Assembly (NCBI GenBank): GCA_965204745.1 | Contig: OZ242010.1 | Location: forward strand, 544,001 to 608,000 | Length of the DNA: 64,000 bases | Direction of reading: 5' to 3' | From: Candidatus Latescibacterota bacterium | GTDB taxonomy: Bacteria; Latescibacterota; UBA2968 | In this document: one piece after another, positions 58,800-64,000 of the stretch | How the letters are laid out: every line of letters begins with the position of its first letter | Position numbering within the stretch: the stretch's first letter is position 1 | Position numbers and translations under genes: made by a program | Notes under the pieces: generated by a model | Told to the model about the DNA's origin: nothing | Database searches by the model: none | Seen by the model: only the letters and a program-made list of their open reading frames with translations

Positions 58800-58992
58800 G
58801 TTAATTTAGGTGTTGCGCCCTCGCATCGAGACACGCCATCTTGATGCCCTGCTCGGGGAAGGCCGGTGCCTCTTGAAGGCGATGACCTTGTAAGTAAGAT
58901 AGGCCCCCCGACCGCCGGGTCTATGCCGAAGAGTATCTAAGTCCCTTGAGGCTGCATATACAAGACCGGTAGACTTGGCGTCAATGGTCGGG
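58800..58992 (+). ncRNA. Putative IS110 bridge RNA (ends approximate)
   Basis: Two stem/internal-loop modules; the second holds AGAGTATCT and ATACAAG, matching the element's own end junction. Confidence 0.75.
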
Positions 58993-59048
58993 ATCGAACT
59001 CGAGCGCACACCAGACCCCTTACAACCCCCTCATCACAGGAGGCCCCC

Positions 59049-60056
59049 ATGTCGAACGCTCACCCCGCTTTCGCCGGCATTGATGTCAGTGCCCGCACGT
59101 TGTCTGTTGCCCTGTCCAGACCTGGACAAGCTGTCATGCAAGCGACCTTTGACAATGATCCCCAAGCCCATAAGCGGTTGCTGAAGTGGCTCACCAAGGG
59201 CGGGCACATGGTCTCTGTCTGCCTCGAAGCGACCGGGCTTTACAGCTTGGGGGTGGCCTTGGCCTTGCATCGGCATCGCCACACGCAGGTCATGGTCGTC
59301 AATCCCAAAGCGATGAGCAAGTACGGTCAAGCCTGCATGCAACGAGCCAAGACGGATGCGAAGGATGCGTTGTTGATCATGGATTATGCCGAGCGCATGC
59401 CGTTTGTGCCTTGGCAAGCGCCGAGTGAGCAACGGCTCCAACTGCAAGCCCTCACCAGACGCATTGACCAACTCAAGCAGGAGATCATCCGCGAACAGAG
59501 CCGCAACCACGCGCAAAGCTACCACATCCAGAGCACACGTCTCATCGCACGCGATATTCAGGTGAATATTCGACACCTCAAACGCCGGATTGCCTACTTG
59601 GAAGACCAAGCCCTCGATCTCGTTTTGCACGATGAGACCCAAAAGCGCGCCTACCAACACCTCTGCTCTACGCCTGGCATCGCACAAACGAGCGCCTTGC
59701 GGCTCTTGGCCGAGTTGACCCTTTTGCCAGAGGAGATGCAACCGCCCCAGTGGGTCGCACATGCAGACCTGGATCCCAAACCCAAACAATCCGGGACTGC
59801 CAATCCACAAAGACGCATCTCGAAAACCGGGAATAAGTACCTCCGTCATGCCCTCTATATGCCTGCCTGGGTGGCCAGCAGACACGAAGTCCATGTCAAA
59901 GCCTTCTATGACCAACTCATTGCCCGCGGCAAGAAACCTTTGCAGGCTATCGTTGCGGTGATGCGAAAGTTGCTCCATTCGATCTGGGGCATGGTGCGGC
60001 ATGACCAAGATTTTGAGGGCGAGAAATTCTATCGAATCACCCCGAAAACCCCTTGA
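59049..60056 (+). CDS. IS110 DEDD recombinase/transposase
   Basis: GIDVS, LEATG, VVNP, KTDAKDA, QSG, ISKTGNKYLR and AVMRKL motifs. Confidence 0.95.
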   Translation: MSNAHPAFAGIDVSARTLSVALSRPGQAVMQATFDNDPQAHKRLLKWLTKGGHMVSVCLEATGLYSLGVALALHRHRHTQVMVVNPKAMSKYGQACMQRAKTDAKDALLIMDYAERMPFVPWQAPSEQRLQLQALTRRIDQLKQEIIREQSRNHAQSYHIQSTRLIARDIQVNIRHLKRRIAYLEDQALDLVLHDETQKRAYQHLCSTPGIAQTSALRLLAELTLLPEEMQPPQWVAHADLDPKPKQSGTANPQRRISKTGNKYLRHALYMPAWVASRHEVHVKAFYDQLIARGKKPLQAIVAVMRKLLHSIWGMVRHDQDFEGEKFYRITPKTP

Positions 60057-60080
60057 CCTTTTAAGAGAGTATCTCACCTC

Positions 60081-60578
60081 TTACCTTTTTAACAAATTGA
60101 GACCTTCAATTTTTCGCACGGGCGAATCGCGCAAGGACGCCGCTAAAACTCGCATGGATTGCCGCAAGACCGGATGCTTGAGATGCGGGTTGAGGTCGCA
60201 AAGTGGGATCAGCACAAAGGCTCGCTCGTGCAAGTGCGGGTGTGGCACCTGCAAGCCCGGCTGGTGAATGACCACATCGCCGTAGAGTAAGATATCCAAA
60301 TCCACTGTGCGCGGGCCCCATCGCGTTCGGCGCGTGCGACCGAATTGTCGCTCGACCGATAGCAGGTAATTCAACAACTTTCGCACGGAAAGTCGAGAGC
60401 GAAGTTGCAACGCGGCATTGAGAAAACGCGGCTGATCAACCACCCCTACCGGCGCGGTTTCATAGACCGCTGAAGTAGCGACAACAGCGATTTCGGAATG
60501 GGCGTCCAAAACGCCGACCACATTCTGGAGCGTCTTTTCCCGATCCCCCAAATTCGCGCCGATGCCGATGTAGATCAT
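60081..60578 (-). CDS. folK: 6-hydroxymethyl-7,8-dihydropterin pyrophosphokinase
   Basis: IGIGANLGD, FLNA, RWGPRTVDLDIL and PHPHLHERAFVL motifs. Confidence 0.96.
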   Translation of the reverse strand: MIYIGIGANLGDREKTLQNVVGVLDAHSEIAVVATSAVYETAPVGVVDQPRFLNAALQLRSRLSVRKLLNYLLSVERQFGRTRRTRWGPRTVDLDILLYGDVVIHQPGLQVPHPHLHERAFVLIPLCDLNPHLKHPVLRQSMRVLAASLRDSPVRKIEGLNLLKR

Positions 60579-60620
60579 GGTCAGTAGTCAGTAGTCAGTG
60601 GTCAGTAGTCAGTGGTCAGT
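60578..60620. repeat. Heptamer array (GTCAGTR)n directly upstream of the folK ATG
   Basis: About six tandem copies. Confidence 0.9.
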
Positions 60621-60624
60621 CCCC

Positions 60625-60891
60625 CCGCCATTCCACCCCGCAAGTGAGAGGCGAGACGCAAGAGGCAAGAAGGCCACACCGCCATTCAAACCCGCCATTC
60701 CACCCCGCAAGTGAGAGGCGAGACGCAAGAGGCGAGAAGGCCACACCGCCATTCAACACCGCAAGTGAGAGGCGAGACGCAAGAGGTGAGAAGGCCACAC
60801 CGCCATTCAACCCCGCCATTCAACCCCATAAGTGAGAGGCGAGACGCAAGAGGCGAGAAGGCCACACCGCCATTCAACACCGCAAGTGAGA
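60625..60891. repeat. Composite tandem repeat with alternating 67/54-bp periods
   Basis: AAGTGAGAGGCGAGACGCAAGAGG starts at 60642, 60709, 60763 and 60830, partial at 60884. Confidence 0.9.
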
Positions 60892-60913
60892 ATGGAGAAA
60901 TGGGACGAGGTGC

Positions 60914-63900
60914 CTATCCCGCATTTTCATGAAAAATTTTTGCCAGATAATCGTAGTTGTCGTCGCGGTCAAAAAAGAGAATGTGCTTGTCGGCGAAATC
61001 CTCGCGGCGCCATGAGCCATTCTCGTAGCGTTCGCACAAGTCCCGATAAGGCGTTGTCGAAATGATGAACGAATCGAGGCGCACCTCCGACACATTGGCG
61101 GGACGGGTTATTTTACGCGCCAATTTGGGCAACCGCTCGTGGAGTCGGGCCTTGTCGTCGTGGCGATAAGCGTTGGCGTTGAGCATGCCGTGCGGTTCGA
61201 TAAATGCGATGCGTTGCCGGTTGGAATCGACAATCCAAAGAATGAAATCGGGATAGAATCCGCTGGTTTCAAAGAACCCGATGCCCGTGCCTCGGCCCTG
61301 ATTCCGCAAAAGAAATACCTCTGTGCCGGCCAGCGCATCGTCCTTCTCTTTTGCCCAGAACGCCTTCAAGTCATCGACAAATCGTCTCTCGCCTTCGTTC
61401 AACCCCGGCGGCGACAGCGTTATTTTATCAGCGCTTTCCACGAGCAAGGGCTGGTACAGGTGTTGATCAAAATGAATGCGCGGCAAATTGCCCCTGTCGC
61501 TTTCGCAGAGCGCGTGGCAATCGGCGATGAGTTGTTCGAGATCGCCTATCAAAGTTTCTTCTGATCGGGGAACGCTGACGATGTACCGCCCGGTACCGCC
61601 GTCTTTGCCGATGTTGAAGTTGAAGTTGGGGTCGCTTTGGTCCAGCGTCTTATAGACCAGGCCCTTTGACTCCCATCGCGCTCGTTTGTGCCGATAGAGC
61701 GCGTCCGCGTATTTTCGCACGATGCTGACCACGGTCTCTTGCAAGCGCTCGCGGTCCGCATAACTGCGCGGTTTTACCACCTGCTCCTCGGCGATCAGGC
61801 GATACGCGGGCGGCGCGGCGACGAGAATCTTTCTCGGCGCATCCGGGCGGATGATCAGGTTGCACAATCCGCGCTGTTCCTTGTAGTCGAGCAGGTCGAG
61901 ATAGACGCGCCCCCAATCCACCAACGCGAGGCTTTTGTGTGGTATGTCCCTTTCCTCGCCGGAGGTGGCGCGGTCCATTTCGGCAAAATCGCTGTCCAAC
62001 TGGCTCACCTTTGCAGACACATCGACCAGCACGGGCCGCACGCCGGAATTGGGGGCCAAGAGCACCTCGGAGTCGGCTGCGAAATCCCGGTCGTCGTCCA
62101 TGCGGGGGATGACCAAGCCCTTGTCGAGAAAGTCCCGATTGGGCCGAATGACCAACGGCAGTTCCAACACCCCATCCGTCGCCACGCCTTCGCGCTCCAA
62201 GTAATCCCGAAATTGGGCCATATAATTGGCGCGCACGGCAAAGATATTGAGCGTTTCCAGCGCCTTGATGTAATCGGGATGCCGCCCGTCGAGTGCGGCG
62301 CTGCGTTTCAGCGTCATCCCCCGCCCGCGCAACCGCACGCCGCGGCCAAACAGCTGGATGATCTGCGACCCCTCGCTCCTGCCAATGTTGAGCAACCCCA
62401 TGTTGGATACGCGCCAGGAATCCCAACCTTCGATAAATTTTCGGGCGCCGATCAGCACCTCAATGGTCGTTCCCGGTTCGTTGATCCCGTCAAACAGCGA
62501 GCCGGAGAAAGCGTCTTCCTCCATCGCGATGCCGGCGTTGTCAGCCGCGACCAGATTTTTGAATTTCGTCGTATCCCCAATGTAAATCAAGCCGAAGTAC
62601 TCCTCGGCCCCGCCGACTTTAAGCCCGATTTCGCCATCGCGGCCGCGGATGTTGCACAGGTGTAGCCCACTGCCGGCGGCGGCGTGCAACACCCTCGCCA
62701 GTATATCCCGATACAGCGTTGCCGAATCCCGCCCGCGCAGGTACTCGAATTTGTCGGCGAAAACGTCTTTTCCATCCGCGTCGCGCAAGCCCGAATGCCC
62801 CGTCAGCAACTGGTCAATCGCACCCGTAGCCCAAGTCGCATTCGCTATCAGCCGATGCAAGAACCGCACCACCGTCAAAATATCGCTCCGGGGTTGGCGT
62901 CTTTCCGTATAGACCGCGTTGACGCTACCGCCCACGAAAACCCACAGGGGTCGGGCCAGATTGTAGGGCCGGAACGCCTCGGCCCGTTCGGCAAAGACGA
63001 GTTGCTGTTCGTAAAAGGAGAGCAAGTTGGCGAGCAGCAACCTATCCGTTTGGTCCGCAGTCGTCTCCTGTTGCAAGTTGAGAATGTGGAAGTCCTTGCC
63101 ATAGCCATCGCCGTAGAAGTAGCGATAGGAATAGTCAAACGCGATGGCCTTGCCGTATTCAGCCATCAGATCCGCGTTCCGCGCCGCGGTCAGGGCTTGC
63201 CCAAAGGTCGCGCTGTACTCGAAGGTGAACCCGGTCTCGCCCAGTGCATCGCGCAGGTTGCGCCACGCTTCGCCGCCAGAGCCTTTGTGCCCCTCGTCGA
63301 CAAAAATCAGGTTGTTGCCCGCAAATGCCTCGACGGGTACGCGCACCCCACCGCCTCGCTTTTCCCCGACCAACTTGGTAATCTCGGTCACCTCGATGGC
63401 ATTTTGCCCCGCCCCCAGCAGGCTGCTTTTGTTCAGTTCAAACCGCGACGCGGGGATGTTGGACGCTTGCAGTTCTGCCAGATGTTGCTCGGTCAATCCT
63501 TCGTTGGGCGTGATCAACAGGATGTTGTCCAATGCCTCGGCATTGTAATGGAGGAACTGCCGGTAGTTCAGGTGCATGATGAGCGTCTTGCCACTGCCGG
63601 TCGCCATCCAAAACGCCAGTTTTCGCAAATCCGCCTCGGCAAATTCCGTTTCCCGCGCCTCTCGGGCGGAACGCTTGACATTGCGCCGTTTGACCAAATC
63701 GTTCAGCGAGCGCAACAACGCGCCTTGGCGGTTGAAGCACCAGTCGAGAAAAATTTCGGTGTATAGGGCCGCCAGATATTGGAAGTAGCGCAAGGTGATG
63801 GGCCGGAGCCGCCCCTTGTTCATCGCCGTCAGATGGGTGCGGATATGGGCGTCGTACTGCGCCAAATCGGCCAGCGAAACATCCTTCAGGTGGCTCGGTC

Positions 63901-64000
63901 GAGACGCCAACCGGGCGTAGATATGGCTACGGCCTTCGGCGTCAAAGCCTTCATCGACCTGCTCCATGTCCGCTAAGAGATCGCGGTTTCCCAGATAGCC
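60914..64000 (-). CDS. Type III restriction (Res)-like SF2 helicase-nuclease (5' end outside window)
   Basis: MATGSGKT, VDEGH, YSATF, EGWD and QLFGRGVR motifs; C-terminal FYPDFILW...FIEPHG nuclease; frame open to the window edge. Confidence 0.85.
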   Translation of the reverse strand, partial: GYLGNRDLLADMEQVDEGFDAEGRSHIYARLASRPSHLKDVSLADLAQYDAHIRTHLTAMNKGRLRPITLRYFQYLAALYTEIFLDWCFNRQGALLRSLNDLVKRRNVKRSAREARETEFAEADLRKLAFWMATGSGKTLIMHLNYRQFLHYNAEALDNILLITPNEGLTEQHLAELQASNIPASRFELNKSSLLGAGQNAIEVTEITKLVGEKRGGGVRVPVEAFAGNNLIFVDEGHKGSGGEAWRNLRDALGETGFTFEYSATFGQALTAARNADLMAEYGKAIAFDYSYRYFYGDGYGKDFHILNLQQETTADQTDRLLLANLLSFYEQQLVFAERAEAFRPYNLARPLWVFVGGSVNAVYTERRQPRSDILTVVRFLHRLIANATWATGAIDQLLTGHSGLRDADGKDVFADKFEYLRGRDSATLYRDILARVLHAAAGSGLHLCNIRGRDGEIGLKVGGAEEYFGLIYIGDTTKFKNLVAADNAGIAMEEDAFSGSLFDGINEPGTTIEVLIGARKFIEGWDSWRVSNMGLLNIGRSEGSQIIQLFGRGVRLRGRGMTLKRSAALDGRHPDYIKALETLNIFAVRANYMAQFRDYLEREGVATDGVLELPLVIRPNRDFLDKGLVIPRMDDDRDFAADSEVLLAPNSGVRPVLVDVSAKVSQLDSDFAEMDRATSGEERDIPHKSLALVDWGRVYLDLLDYKEQRGLCNLIIRPDAPRKILVAAPPAYRLIAEEQVVKPRSYADRERLQETVVSIVRKYADALYRHKRARWESKGLVYKTLDQSDPNFNFNIGKDGGTGRYIVSVPRSEETLIGDLEQLIADCHALCESDRGNLPRIHFDQHLYQPLLVESADKITLSPPGLNEGERRFVDDLKAFWAKEKDDALAGTEVFLLRNQGRGTGIGFFETSGFYPDFILWIVDSNRQRIAFIEPHGMLNANAYRHDDKARLHERLPKLARKITRPANVSEVRLDSFIISTTPYRDLCERYENGSWRREDFADKHILFFDRDDNYDYLAKIFHENAG

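Larger units (their letters stand above)
58780..60074 (+). mobile_element. IS110-family element bounded by CT core dinucleotides
   Basis: Left CT-TGTAT at 58780, right AGAGTAT-CT at 60066-60074; TTGACC near the right end; no terminal IRs. Confidence 0.85.

Noticed and set aside
60625-60891. Possible CRISPR array
   Set aside because: The intervening sequences are near-identical rather than unique spacers, and no intact cas genes are present. It is a tandem repeat.

Overview
GC-rich bacterial chromosome window, probably from an uncultured heterotroph. The host is not identifiable from sequence alone. The backbone carries housekeeping and catabolic genes: secDF, ino1, prlC, xylA, folD with a ZTP riboswitch, icd, hemE-hemH-hemY, folK, tRNA-Thr, a sulfatase, peptidases and oxidoreductases. 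Intergenic spaces are full of 7-bp tandem repeats. The main accessory locus (4251-14104, minus strand) encodes a HlyD adaptor, a peptidase-less ABC exporter, an S8 protease fused to a DUF1611/P-loop domain, a GNAT, an acyl carrier protein, CPBP membrane proteases and a TPR protein. It also encodes two ~139-aa proteins that share only an N-terminal leader (L/I-R-K...S-V-x-A-Y-S-G...DSTS). This looks like a leader-dependent maturation and export system for possibly acylated, polymorphic small proteins carried on exchangeable cassettes. A second theme is the heptamer repeats. An IS110 element has a readable bridge RNA whose target loop matches the heptamer repeat it sits in. An IS982 and its MITEs sit in another heptamer family. 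Two heptamer arrays are flanked by ~30-bp duplications. Relics include a collapsed cmr6, a pyrB 3' fragment, an IS5 fragment and a mini-island next to tRNA-Thr. All family assignments come from motif recognition, not database searches.
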